Assembly: GCA_027923505.1 (NCBI GenBank)
Contig: BROI01000032.1
Coordinates: forward strand, 62,001 to 126,000
Direction: 5' to 3'
Length of the DNA stretch: 64,000 nt
DNA from: Mayamaea pseudoterrestris
Taxonomy: Eukaryota
The position numbers and the translations under genes are program-made. This document shows positions 1 to 9,629 of the stretch, in pieces. The number at the start of each line of letters is the position of its first letter. Positions within the stretch are counted from its first letter, which is position 1. The notes under the pieces were generated by a model that ran no database searches, was not told the origin of the DNA, and worked only from the letters and a program-made list of their open reading frames with translations.

Positions 1-1
1 G

Positions 2-700
2 TCACAGCGTGGTATCAGCGCTTTTCAAGCAAAGCAAAGCGCCAATGATTACAAACTGGCTCTGCAATTATCTAGTCGAGAAGAATGGGAAACAGAGCAG
101 GAGCTTATTGAAGATGGGGCTACCAGAAACCCGTACGCTGCATGGGAATGGGGAAGCATGCTGCGTCAATCGGGTCAGCTAAAGGAGGCAGCAACCGCGC
201 ACCTTTTGGCGTCACAGGCGTTTGACGAGGTGGGAGATAAAGCTCGCTCAGTCATGAGTCTCATTGATGCCGGCGTTGACCTCGCTGCTGCTGAGCAAAT
301 AGATGAAGCCGAGTCTTTGTTGGAGAAGGCTGTGCAAAAGACAAAAGGTGTTGAAGGCCGTGACACGGCGTTGTTGCAGCGCGTCATTGCCAAGGAAGGC
401 GAAGGTCGCATGGCATTGGCAGCCACATTGTGGAACGATGGCAATCGAGCAAAAGCAGAACAGATACTAGGTGATGCATGCATTCGCATGGAGCAGCTCC
501 AGGCCGATGCTGCTCGACGTGTTCCTGCCAAAAGTGACGATGTTGCAGCGCCCAAGGCACTGGCGTATAGCATTGATGACTCGATTCGACCACTGGAATA
601 TTCATGTCCCAGGTTTAAGAATGAGGCCTTTCTCTCCGAGCAGCTTGGATGGCCCGAGAGCTTGCAAAAGAAGGTGCGAAAACTACAACTACTCCAATAG
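2..700 (+). CDS. 5'-truncated helical/TPR-like protein of unknown function
   Basis: The frame is open from base 2 to the TAG at 700, continuing upstream of the ORF-track ATG at 158. It has Ala/Leu-rich TPR-like helices (AWEWGSMLRQSGQLKEAA; LAAAEQIDEAESLLEKA). Confidence 0.6.
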   Translation, partial: SQRGISAFQAKQSANDYKLALQLSSREEWETEQELIEDGATRNPYAAWEWGSMLRQSGQLKEAATAHLLASQAFDEVGDKARSVMSLIDAGVDLAAAEQIDEAESLLEKAVQKTKGVEGRDTALLQRVIAKEGEGRMALAATLWNDGNRAKAEQILGDACIRMEQLQADAARRVPAKSDDVAAPKALAYSIDDSIRPLEYSCPRFKNEAFLSEQLGWPESLQKKVRKLQLLQ

Positions 701-1081
701 CGGCCGATTGAGCATTACAAATTTTCGTGCACGCTAGTAGATAGAGCCAAGATAGATCAATCTTGTTTACAGCATATTCTTACTATTCGTGCATTCATGG
801 ATATTGCGCGAAGATGAGATGCGGCAAGCATTCATGCCTTTGTTGCGCTGCGGCTCAGCATGTGAGCATGTTGCGCAGTTTTAGTTGATAGTGATTCTTG
901 CCGACTGGTTTCGGCACTGCTGGTAATTTTAGTTTCAGGAAGCTGCCTACTATGGACATAAACAACTACTCCTAGCATAATTAAGAATTTATGAATTACA
1001 TTCACCTTCCCATTAGCATCATACTGTGATGAACTGCAATCAAGAGAGCCAAGCCAAGCTTGACATAATATAGTCACTTCG

Positions 1082-2335
1082 TTACGCCACACTTGATGGC
1101 TCCATGCTGCCTTCCAATATCTTGCTGATACGCGTTCCACTCGGTTTTAGCAGCGGGACCACCAATGGTTCCACGACAAGAGGTTGGTCGGATCTGCCTG
1201 CTGGGACAGTCACGCCATCTTGCAAGCGTTGCTGCCAAGTTGATCCCCAGTACTCGTTCCGATCCAATGACACCAATGCAGAGCGCACCTGGAGCGTTGG
1301 ATCAGTTTTTAACTGTTGATCTGGCTTAGAGTCGCCACTGGAAGCCCCAGCAAGAGCCTCTTTTTTGTGCAACTGCTCTTCAACCTGCTCCAGCACGGTT
1401 CGCGACATGGTGGATGTAGCCTTTGGATAGTCGGGGAAGAAGCATGGTATGAACAAACGATCCTCCGATGCAGCCTCGTCAGTAGCAGAGCTGGCGTTAT
1501 CCTTGTCAAAGCGAAGCTTCTTCGGAGAAGGACCATCTTCGTTGTCCACATCCATCTCATCTGTTGATCGTTTCTTGCTATTCAGAGTGCCCCATTCACT
1601 TGTAAACAAGGCATCAGGAGTTGTGTCCAGCTTATTTGCTTCATCAGTTCCTTTCTCTTCTTCCATTGCATCCATCACTAATGACTGTCCCACATGCTCC
1701 GGAAGCGCGTGAGGATTGGCAACGGGCGCGTCGCCCAGGACGACTGGAAATCGAGGCACTTCGTCCGGATATGGAGCGTTCCATCCTCGAAACGTAGATT
1801 GTGAAGCATTGCATTGTAACGTAGACGACGGACCAAGCTTGCCGCCTCTGGCGCTGCCTAAAGTGGCGGATGACGATGCATGAGCTAACGATAGCTGAAC
1901 TTCATTATCTGCAGCATCAAATGATTCCGTCTGCCAGTCGGGCCCAAAGCAAAAAGCAGCTAGCCCCTTCCAAGATTTGTCTTGTGCTGCTGCATTACAA
2001 TGGAATTGTTGCACTTCCGTATAATTGCTAGCATTAGTCGTTGATGTAGATTCCAAATTGCCAGGCAAATGCACATTCATGACGGCAGCTGATGTGCATT
2101 GTTCTGCTGCTGCAATTGCATCCAAAACATTCACATGTGCACTTGATCTACCAGACGCTTGTACACTAGCCGCTATGGAAGCTCCCACTCGCTCAAGATA
2201 GGCCAAGAGCACGCCACTCAATGCATCCAATGTCTCGTTCGACATGCTATCCAATCCAACGTGCAAACCGGCGCGAGCGACAGCCCGACGAGCAACAAAG
2301 TGGGAGTAAACGTCATCACGAGCGGATGGCTGCAT
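1082..2335 (-). CDS. Bromodomain-associated (BTP) histone-fold protein, TAF8/TAF3-like TFIID subunit
   Basis: 417-aa ORF. The N-terminal histone fold reads ARRAVARAGLHVGLDSMSNETLDALSGVLLAYLERVG...SGRSSAHVNVLDA. A later FIPCFFPDYP resembles the TAF8 IPxxLPxFP motif. Confidence 0.65.
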   Translation of the reverse strand: MQPSARDDVYSHFVARRAVARAGLHVGLDSMSNETLDALSGVLLAYLERVGASIAASVQASGRSSAHVNVLDAIAAAEQCTSAAVMNVHLPGNLESTSTTNASNYTEVQQFHCNAAAQDKSWKGLAAFCFGPDWQTESFDAADNEVQLSLAHASSSATLGSARGGKLGPSSTLQCNASQSTFRGWNAPYPDEVPRFPVVLGDAPVANPHALPEHVGQSLVMDAMEEEKGTDEANKLDTTPDALFTSEWGTLNSKKRSTDEMDVDNEDGPSPKKLRFDKDNASSATDEAASEDRLFIPCFFPDYPKATSTMSRTVLEQVEEQLHKKEALAGASSGDSKPDQQLKTDPTLQVRSALVSLDRNEYWGSTWQQRLQDGVTVPAGRSDQPLVVEPLVVPLLKPSGTRISKILEGSMEPSSVA

Positions 2336-2756
2336 TTCGTACGTGTTGTTGATATAAAGGGTAATCTGCGATGAACGAGGGTACAGGGAGTTGCTAGCGA
2401 ATGTGATGGGTGAATCGTCCCATGGTGAGAAACGCGCGGTTGATCGTTAGTGGTGGTGAGACGCGGTTGGTCGATCTTCGTGACGTCACGGAAACGGATG
2501 TTGGAGTTTTGCCCACTTTATCGACCACACTGGCAAGTTAGTGTTGGTGTGACACTTTAGACGGCGGAACGCCTTTCGCAAGACCCGATCGATATCCGTG
2601 TCGGCCATGAAGACCGACGGAATGACCTTGCAAGTGAAGCTATCCCCAAGAAATAAGCCGATTGAAGCATTAGATTGTCTTTCGGTGTAGCAGTAACGAA
2701 TATTGACGAGTAATCTGCTTGATCCCGATCGCAACGCATCGTAGGTTGACGCGGCC

Positions 2757-5700
2757 ATGTCTGACGATCAGAGCGATGCACCTTCGGATGAAGCTCCGAG
2801 CGATCAGGAGGAACGGCTCGATCTTTCAATGGACAGTGCAGCGCCTGCTCTTCAGTGTGAGGAAACGGAGGAGTCTCGTCCGCAGAATGAGCTTTTGAGG
2901 CGGAGAATTTACGAGTACTTGCTTGGTAAAACCATTTCTCCTGGCGATGAACCAGGATTACAATTTGGATCAAACGCACTCAACGATCATAACAACGGCA
3001 CCAGGAGCGAATCAAGTACATTAGCGTCTGACACCTTTGAGACGCCCAGACCAGTACCTGTACGAATATTGAGCGAAAACAAGCAGTCTGTCGCGAAACG
3101 GCGGTCAACTGGCGACGATGAGTTCCAAAGCTCTCCTTCGCACTCTTCGTCACAATTTTCCGGAACATCGTCGTCTGGAAGAGGTCATGGTGAAAGTGAT
3201 GCATATATAGAAAATAGTAATGGTAGTGCGAGACCTGGCGACGATAGTGATGGTGAAGACTTCTCCGATGAAACCGGAGCAGCGGTTGATGATGACGGTG
3301 AGGGTGAAAGTGAAAGTGGTCAGTCAAATTACAGCGATGACGAGGAGGATGAGGGCGAGGTCGACGATGAGCAATCTACTGATAGGGATTCGAACGATAT
3401 TGAGGGGACAGAGGGCAGTGGTGACTATGAGGAGGAAGCTGGAGATTCAAGGCGTATGCGGGACGACAGCAATTATCACGACGGACACTTTGACGATGAG
3501 GTACATACCGAGGAGGAATCACATGGTCGTCAACAAAGGGAGTATCTTGCAGATGCACCCCATGTGCCGGAAGGTTACACAGAAAGCTCCGAGTATGATG
3601 AAGAGGGAGACGAGTCTGAAAGACCAGATTTCATGCCTGGTCAATATGCCAGAGAACAGCAAAGGTCACTACAAAATCTACCAGTCGGAAATAAACCCGT
3701 TGAAAAGCGACTGTCGTTGAGTAGTCACTTTAGTGCCCAACCCGCGCCTCCGGAAGATGGTTTTCAACTGGACAATATATCTCTTCCCAGCTGGCAGCTG
3801 CACGCCACCGACGAAGCGTCCAAAGCAGGTGGCAATGGCTCGTCAGCATCGCGAGGATCAAAGTCGTCTGCACACGAAGTAGCATCGGCAGCCAGTAGCA
3901 GCGTACTAGACAATGACGACGCTCCTGATTCAGTGGGAAGTCATCAAAAATCGCGGAACCAGAATAGACGAGAGTCTCGTGACGGTCACGGACGAAGAAC
4001 GCCTGACAGCGCACGAAGCAGTGCAGGATCTGCCGACAAACCAAGGCAGTCAGAAAGTCAAAGAATAGAAGAGCTAGCAGACCAAAACTTTACGCCTTCT
4101 ACGCCGCAATCACCACCTCCCATGACACCGTCTAAACCCATGCAAAAGCTGCACGATGCCGTGGCGCAATCCATTCCTGCGTTAGATTTTCGACCGACCA
4201 TTCCACCGCCCCCGGGCCGACCGTTTTCACCAGTTGAGCCGCTTCATGAAGTCATGACGATAGACGACAAACGGCTGGACGATGGGCAATCAAGCACCGC
4301 CAGCTCCGAAGGCGAGGGATGTACCTCCACCGAGGCGACTGAAGACGACGATGACGAAGTATATGTTCCTGTGCAATCGAAATTGTCAGCCCCAGTAACT
4401 CAAGCACATGCGGACCATCATTTTAGCAAAGTAATCGTCCAAGACTCGTTCAAAGAAATTTATCATGTACCAATCATCGAAAAAGTTTCAGCGAGCATGA
4501 CGCAGACTTTCAAAAGCGATGAGCACGACGACAACTCTGAAACCAGCGACTTTGACGATCGAAACAACTTGTGCATGGGTGGCAGACCGTCGCTGTTAGA
4601 TTCAAAGCGTCCTATGCTTGATGGTGGCGCTAGACCTTCTGAAAGCCAGCGCATGCTATTATTTGCTGACGCAGAGCCTTCGGCTAGCCTTTTCCAATGT
4701 CCCGAGTCGCCTCCGCCTACAATGCCATGTAAGCCGATGCAAAAGCTATCTGACGCCATTGCTCATGACATACCCTCTGGAGACTTTCGGCCAAGTTATT
4801 CACCCGCGCCATCGGCTGTTTTTCATATAAACGGGTCACCGACTCGTAAGATTGACAAGCTTGCTTTAACTCGGGAAACTGATCTTTCACCAGAATCAGC
4901 GAGACCTCGAGCGGTTGAAGCTGATTACAACCATGATTCGATGAACCAGTCTGACGCACCGCCGACACATTACTCGGAATTGGAAAAATCAAGCGGCTCA
5001 CTCGATGATGATGATGCCTTCGGTGAGACAAACATCGAATTGGCAGCTCCAGCTGACAAAAATGAGAGGGAAGAACGCAGTCGCAGAGGCTTTTACGTCT
5101 GTTTTTGCTTTTTGATTCTTACTCTTATTCTCATGGCGCTTGCTTTGGGTCCGTACTTCGGGCTCCGAGTCAAAAACTCTGCGGAGAGGTCTGAAACTGG
5201 CGCACTAAACGCAACAAATTTACCAACTTTTTGGCCGTCGTCGCCTCCGGCGTTTTCACCATCTGTCATACCAACATATGTTATGTCACCGTCAATCATG
5301 CCGACTCAAATATACAGTACTTGTCCAAGAGCAACCTTTGCCGAGGTCGGGGGAACAATTTATGAAGGTGACTTTTCGACTGCAAGACCGTCGGACAGCA
5401 GCAATATTACTATTGATTTCAGTGTAAGCGATGGCGCAACCGAACGAGTAGGTTTCGATGTATGGTACAGGCTTCAGGGTACGAATCTGTATACGACATT
5501 GCGTTACTGTAATGAAGACGGTTTGCTGGATACGCCTTGGATCTTAACAGGGGACTGTCAAGAATTGCTCCAGGATATCAGATTGTTGCAGCCGGTCACT
5601 GTCTCAGCCTTTGATGACCGCTGCACTGATATTTCATTCCGTTCAGAGTCTAATGTTGAATATAAAATCTTGTTGCGTTCGCAGTTCCAGCGCACGTCGT

Positions 5701-6596
5701 TCTACTTTTACCTGATGGACAATCGATTTTGCGACTTTGCCAGTCCTCTGGATAGCCTAAACAGCATTACCCAGCGAGGCTACGGAACAAATGGAACCAG
5801 CAATGAGCCACCCGCCTGCGGCAATAGTTCATATTCGGGACAGGGGACATGGTATAAGGTTCAATCGACTGGAAGCGCAATGACGATTTCGACGTGTGAC
5901 AGCGTCTTGGGGACTTCCAACGTGGCCGTCTATCGGGGCGATTGCAGCAGTTTGCAATGCGTTGATAGCGGGAGCGGCAATTGCGACAATCAACTGAATT
6001 CTTTTGCAACCATTGCTTCCGCTGGCTCGGACGAATCACACCTTGTGTACGTGGCGGCCGAGTTTGAAGGCATCATTGGCGCAGTGCTTGTGAGCGTGCA
6101 GGAAACCAGTAACGGCACGAGCAACGAGAGCACCTGCGCCGACGCCAGTCCCATTCGTCTAGGAATCGCGCTGCAAGACTCCGTTCAAACCGCATCCTTG
6201 CCTGTTGACTCACCGGAGGTTCCTCTGACATGCACGGACGATTTTGGCAGCTTGGTGACGGTTCAGACAAGCGGGTCTTGGTATCAGTTTGTCGGAACAG
6301 GCGCTCAGGTAATTCTTAATGTCCTTTGTCAAGATTTTACTCAATCACTCTCGATCTCGGTTTATCGCGCAAGGGGTTTTGGCGAACAAGGTTGTGCTAC
6401 CATTCGATGCACGACCGCGACGAATCTAGGCTGCAGCGACTCGCTTGAATGGCTAACAAAGCAAGGAAAGCCTTACTACATCTTGTTCCACGCCCCAACT
6501 AGTCAGGAAGTAGACGTTCCGTTTACGTTTACCCTCCAGTCGGCAACAACGCGAAGGGTGTTGAGTTTGCCGCACAAGCAACTTCGACAACCTTAA
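2757..6596 (+). CDS. Single-pass membrane protein with a long acidic disordered N-terminus and three Cys-containing 'WY' extracellular repeats
   Basis: Intronless 1279-aa ORF. The TM segment FYVCFCFLILTLILMALALGPYF follows RSRR and precedes a P/S/T stalk. The repeats are centred on VWYRLQG, GTWYKVQSTG and GSWYQFVGTG. Confidence 0.8.
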   Translation: MSDDQSDAPSDEAPSDQEERLDLSMDSAAPALQCEETEESRPQNELLRRRIYEYLLGKTISPGDEPGLQFGSNALNDHNNGTRSESSTLASDTFETPRPVPVRILSENKQSVAKRRSTGDDEFQSSPSHSSSQFSGTSSSGRGHGESDAYIENSNGSARPGDDSDGEDFSDETGAAVDDDGEGESESGQSNYSDDEEDEGEVDDEQSTDRDSNDIEGTEGSGDYEEEAGDSRRMRDDSNYHDGHFDDEVHTEEESHGRQQREYLADAPHVPEGYTESSEYDEEGDESERPDFMPGQYAREQQRSLQNLPVGNKPVEKRLSLSSHFSAQPAPPEDGFQLDNISLPSWQLHATDEASKAGGNGSSASRGSKSSAHEVASAASSSVLDNDDAPDSVGSHQKSRNQNRRESRDGHGRRTPDSARSSAGSADKPRQSESQRIEELADQNFTPSTPQSPPPMTPSKPMQKLHDAVAQSIPALDFRPTIPPPPGRPFSPVEPLHEVMTIDDKRLDDGQSSTASSEGEGCTSTEATEDDDDEVYVPVQSKLSAPVTQAHADHHFSKVIVQDSFKEIYHVPIIEKVSASMTQTFKSDEHDDNSETSDFDDRNNLCMGGRPSLLDSKRPMLDGGARPSESQRMLLFADAEPSASLFQCPESPPPTMPCKPMQKLSDAIAHDIPSGDFRPSYSPAPSAVFHINGSPTRKIDKLALTRETDLSPESARPRAVEADYNHDSMNQSDAPPTHYSELEKSSGSLDDDDAFGETNIELAAPADKNEREERSRRGFYVCFCFLILTLILMALALGPYFGLRVKNSAERSETGALNATNLPTFWPSSPPAFSPSVIPTYVMSPSIMPTQIYSTCPRATFAEVGGTIYEGDFSTARPSDSSNITIDFSVSDGATERVGFDVWYRLQGTNLYTTLRYCNEDGLLDTPWILTGDCQELLQDIRLLQPVTVSAFDDRCTDISFRSESNVEYKILLRSQFQRTSFYFYLMDNRFCDFASPLDSLNSITQRGYGTNGTSNEPPACGNSSYSGQGTWYKVQSTGSAMTISTCDSVLGTSNVAVYRGDCSSLQCVDSGSGNCDNQLNSFATIASAGSDESHLVYVAAEFEGIIGAVLVSVQETSNGTSNESTCADASPIRLGIALQDSVQTASLPVDSPEVPLTCTDDFGSLVTVQTSGSWYQFVGTGAQVILNVLCQDFTQSLSISVYRARGFGEQGCATIRCTTATNLGCSDSLEWLTKQGKPYYILFHAPTSQEVDVPFTFTLQSATTRRVLSLPHKQLRQP

Positions 6597-6680
6597 TTTG
6601 TAAAACAGCCACACCGCGAAACTTAAGATAATAGAGCATACATCGTTTTACAATTGTTTTTGATTACTGTATTCGTACAT

Positions 6681-8081
6681 TTACAGCTTCTCCGTCACTC
6701 TCAATACCTTGTCCCGTTGCAACGAGGCGGAGCAGAACTCGACAAACAACAGTCCCACAAATACATTGTATGCAATGCATTGAAAGTAAACAAAGTTTGC
6801 TTCACCAACTTGAGTGTCCATCCACAACCAGTAGCATACCATGTACAAAATAATGGGAACGGGAATGGCGCAAACCAATATTATGGAACGAACCTTTGGC
6901 ATATGGGCCATGGAGCGAGGCGACAAGAAGGCCAGGCAAATGGCCACATTCAGACTGTAGAGCGTTCCCGGTGGCCGAAATAGAGTTCCAAATGAATAAA
7001 AGATGGCAGCCAACGCAAAGGGGTATTTGTGTAGTCGAACCGTCAAAGGTATAATCGTAATGTACGGCACACCGCCAAGCAAGATCGTAAAGTAGTTGCG
7101 GAAGCGTCCAAATAGTTCCATGGAGAGGTACCATAGCGTTGACAAGCTTGGTTGCATTCCAACGAATGAAAAGCTGTGAAATTGGGTCGCCACCATGACA
7201 TTATAGTAACGCTCGCTCCCGATTAACAGCAGCGTGAGCAATTGTAGAGCGGCAGAAAAGAGAAAAGACAGAATGATGGTCAGTGTTGCATCTTGTTTGC
7301 TCCGTCGGTGCATCCAAATTGCGATAGGTATCAGCATAATGACGCAGTGAATGTTCATGTATGTGGCCAGAGCTAGCCACATGGCCGATGACACCACCGA
7401 CCCTGTGGAAAGAGCTGACTGCGCCAGCGCCTGAACGATGAACAGGGTTTCAAGATTCTGGAATGATCCTTTCGCAGTGGCAAGCATGACAATGGGACTT
7501 GCATAATAAAGCTGCGACACGAACCGCGGCAGATCAGACAGGTGCAGCAAGGGTTGACTGGAGTCACTCTTTGTTTCGGTATGAAGTCCAAAGACATGTA
7601 GCAACGGTGCCTGCAGTATATGAGGTATTTTCTGCTGCAGCGACTCCTCCCAGTTGTTGGCGGCGTCGAGGCGGCAAATGGCGGACTTTGCAATCAATTC
7701 AAGTGATCGCGCGACAAGCAAGTCAATGATTATCAAAAGTAGACCCCGTTTTAGCTGACCAATTTTGTTCTCGGCATCCACTTGAACAAAGACTAGTTCA
7801 CAAACTGCCAAAAGTAGCGGTGGTAGATGTATTGTACCCGGAATTGCATAAGCGTCTCGAAAGGTAATCGTTGAATAAGGGTGGCCAGTTAAACTTTGTA
7901 TTGCCAACGCTTCTCTGACATGTTTCACCGTAAAGACAGGATCCACCAACACTGACGAAAGCACAGGATTTTGAATCACTGTCGATACATCCGTTTCAAT
8001 AAGACACACTAATAGCACGGCGACACGAACTGCAGTGATGATGTGGGTTGTAGACGATTTCAAATGCGATGCTGTAGTCAT
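6681..8081 (-). CDS. PIGU: GPI transamidase subunit PIG-U (Gab1/Cdc91)
   Basis: Multi-TM 466-aa ORF with PSLSTLWYLSMELFGRFRNYF and the C-terminal LWMDTQVGEANFVY typical of PIG-U. Confidence 0.85.
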   Translation of the reverse strand: MTTASHLKSSTTHIITAVRVAVLLVCLIETDVSTVIQNPVLSSVLVDPVFTVKHVREALAIQSLTGHPYSTITFRDAYAIPGTIHLPPLLLAVCELVFVQVDAENKIGQLKRGLLLIIIDLLVARSLELIAKSAICRLDAANNWEESLQQKIPHILQAPLLHVFGLHTETKSDSSQPLLHLSDLPRFVSQLYYASPIVMLATAKGSFQNLETLFIVQALAQSALSTGSVVSSAMWLALATYMNIHCVIMLIPIAIWMHRRSKQDATLTIILSFLFSAALQLLTLLLIGSERYYNVMVATQFHSFSFVGMQPSLSTLWYLSMELFGRFRNYFTILLGGVPYITIIPLTVRLHKYPFALAAIFYSFGTLFRPPGTLYSLNVAICLAFLSPRSMAHMPKVRSIILVCAIPVPIILYMVCYWLWMDTQVGEANFVYFQCIAYNVFVGLLFVEFCSASLQRDKVLRVTEKL

Positions 8082-8409
8082 ATTACTGCGTCAAAAAACA
8101 AGAGTTGCGTTGTGCCATGGCGACTGCGACGAGTGATCGGATTGTCAAAATCGCAACGGTATTCATCTCACCTCATCTTCCCATCCATCCCATGCGACGA
8201 CCACAAAGGCTGCGTGACAAACATTGAATACCAAAAGTCTGCGCGGCCTGTAGCCAGAGTTTCAATGTGTTACCATGGCTAGAAAGTGACTTGGTCAGTG
8301 ATTGAGAGTGTCATTGTTCCATTGACGGATTGCTAATCGCCAATTATACAAGCGACCGTCTTGCGCTTGCTTCAGTTGCTTCAACTTGGAACTTGGCAGC
8401 AAGCTCGAC

Positions 8410-9303
8410 ATGAACCGGAATCGCCACATTTACCAGCAGAACTCGACGCGATTACATTTCCATTGGCTATTGGTATTGTCCATATTGACATGTCTATCGG
8501 CACTAAGCCCGCCTGACTACTCTCGTCGCGCCTTTGTTGCTGCTGCCAGCGTTGGAGCACTTGTCGCTCCGCTTCAACCGTGTGCGGCAATAGACAAGGA
8601 CCAAAGCATCAGCACGTTACCCGACTCGTCATTCAAAACGCTTGGCTACGGCCAAGAAGAGTATACCAACAGCATTACCGCTTCGCGCGACACGAACATT
8701 TCGCCGCGTGAAGCCTACGACGTCATTCGCGACCGCATCCCCCCAGCAAATCCAGGCGGCAGCACGCAGCAGCGTGTCCTGGACGTTGGCGCGGGCGCCG
8801 GAGTATCGACCGCCGTCCTGTATAACGAGCTTGGGTATCACTTTATTGATGCCATTGACTGGAGCGCAGACGCATGGGACGAAAACGTTGTGGCTTGTCC
8901 AGACTCGGTCAAGTTTTATGCGTTGGCGGATGATTACTTTTTTCAAAAGCAGGCGCAGATGATTCTGCAACATCAAGATGCAGCTGATGCAGCACCAGTA
9001 GCACAAACAGCGAGCTCAATCAAGTACTCAATCATTTGCTACAACTTTGCCATCAATTTTCGAAAGGCGGAGAAGGTGGCGCAGCAACATCTGACGGACG
9101 ACGGCATTTTGCTCGCTCCAGTCAACGACAAGGCCGACTACTGGTACAAACAAACTTACTACATGCTCAATAGTCAGGGAAAGGTTCTTTGGAAGAGCGC
9201 GGCAGAAGTTGGGGCGTGGAGTGTTCAGTTCCAGCCCGATGTCACTTCGGATACGTGCACGGGCATTTGGTGCGGTGGCTTCAACAGTTTTCGAAATCGA
9301 TAG
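8410..9303 (+). CDS. Class I SAM-dependent methyltransferase-fold protein, probably plastid-targeted
   Basis: Motif I VLDVGAGAG, then acidic IDAIDWS. The N-terminus has a hydrophobic signal followed by SRRAFVAAASVGALVAPLQPCAA. First ATG is at 8410. Confidence 0.7.
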   Translation: MNRNRHIYQQNSTRLHFHWLLVLSILTCLSALSPPDYSRRAFVAAASVGALVAPLQPCAAIDKDQSISTLPDSSFKTLGYGQEEYTNSITASRDTNISPREAYDVIRDRIPPANPGGSTQQRVLDVGAGAGVSTAVLYNELGYHFIDAIDWSADAWDENVVACPDSVKFYALADDYFFQKQAQMILQHQDAADAAPVAQTASSIKYSIICYNFAINFRKAEKVAQQHLTDDGILLAPVNDKADYWYKQTYYMLNSQGKVLWKSAAEVGAWSVQFQPDVTSDTCTGIWCGGFNSFRNR

Positions 9304-9629
9304 TGGAATGCTTGAGACCACGTGACAGGAGACACCGGACAATAGCTTGGGTTGACGCTGCCTTATTTGGATGCAGCCATGAAACTTATTGCGATGCCTC
9401 ACGTGGAGATGGCATGACTAGATCTCCACATTCTGGTTGTTTCATCTCTCAGTACCTCGTAACTCAGCAACAGCTACTACAATACTGTGTACGAGTACCA
9501 GTACTAACTACGCAATAAAGTCATAAATGCTTTTGTTGTTCTAATAATCTGCTCTATATTAAGCAAATGACACTTCCCTTAACAGTACATACTGACATTT
9601 TACAATACAAACACGACATCCGATCATCA

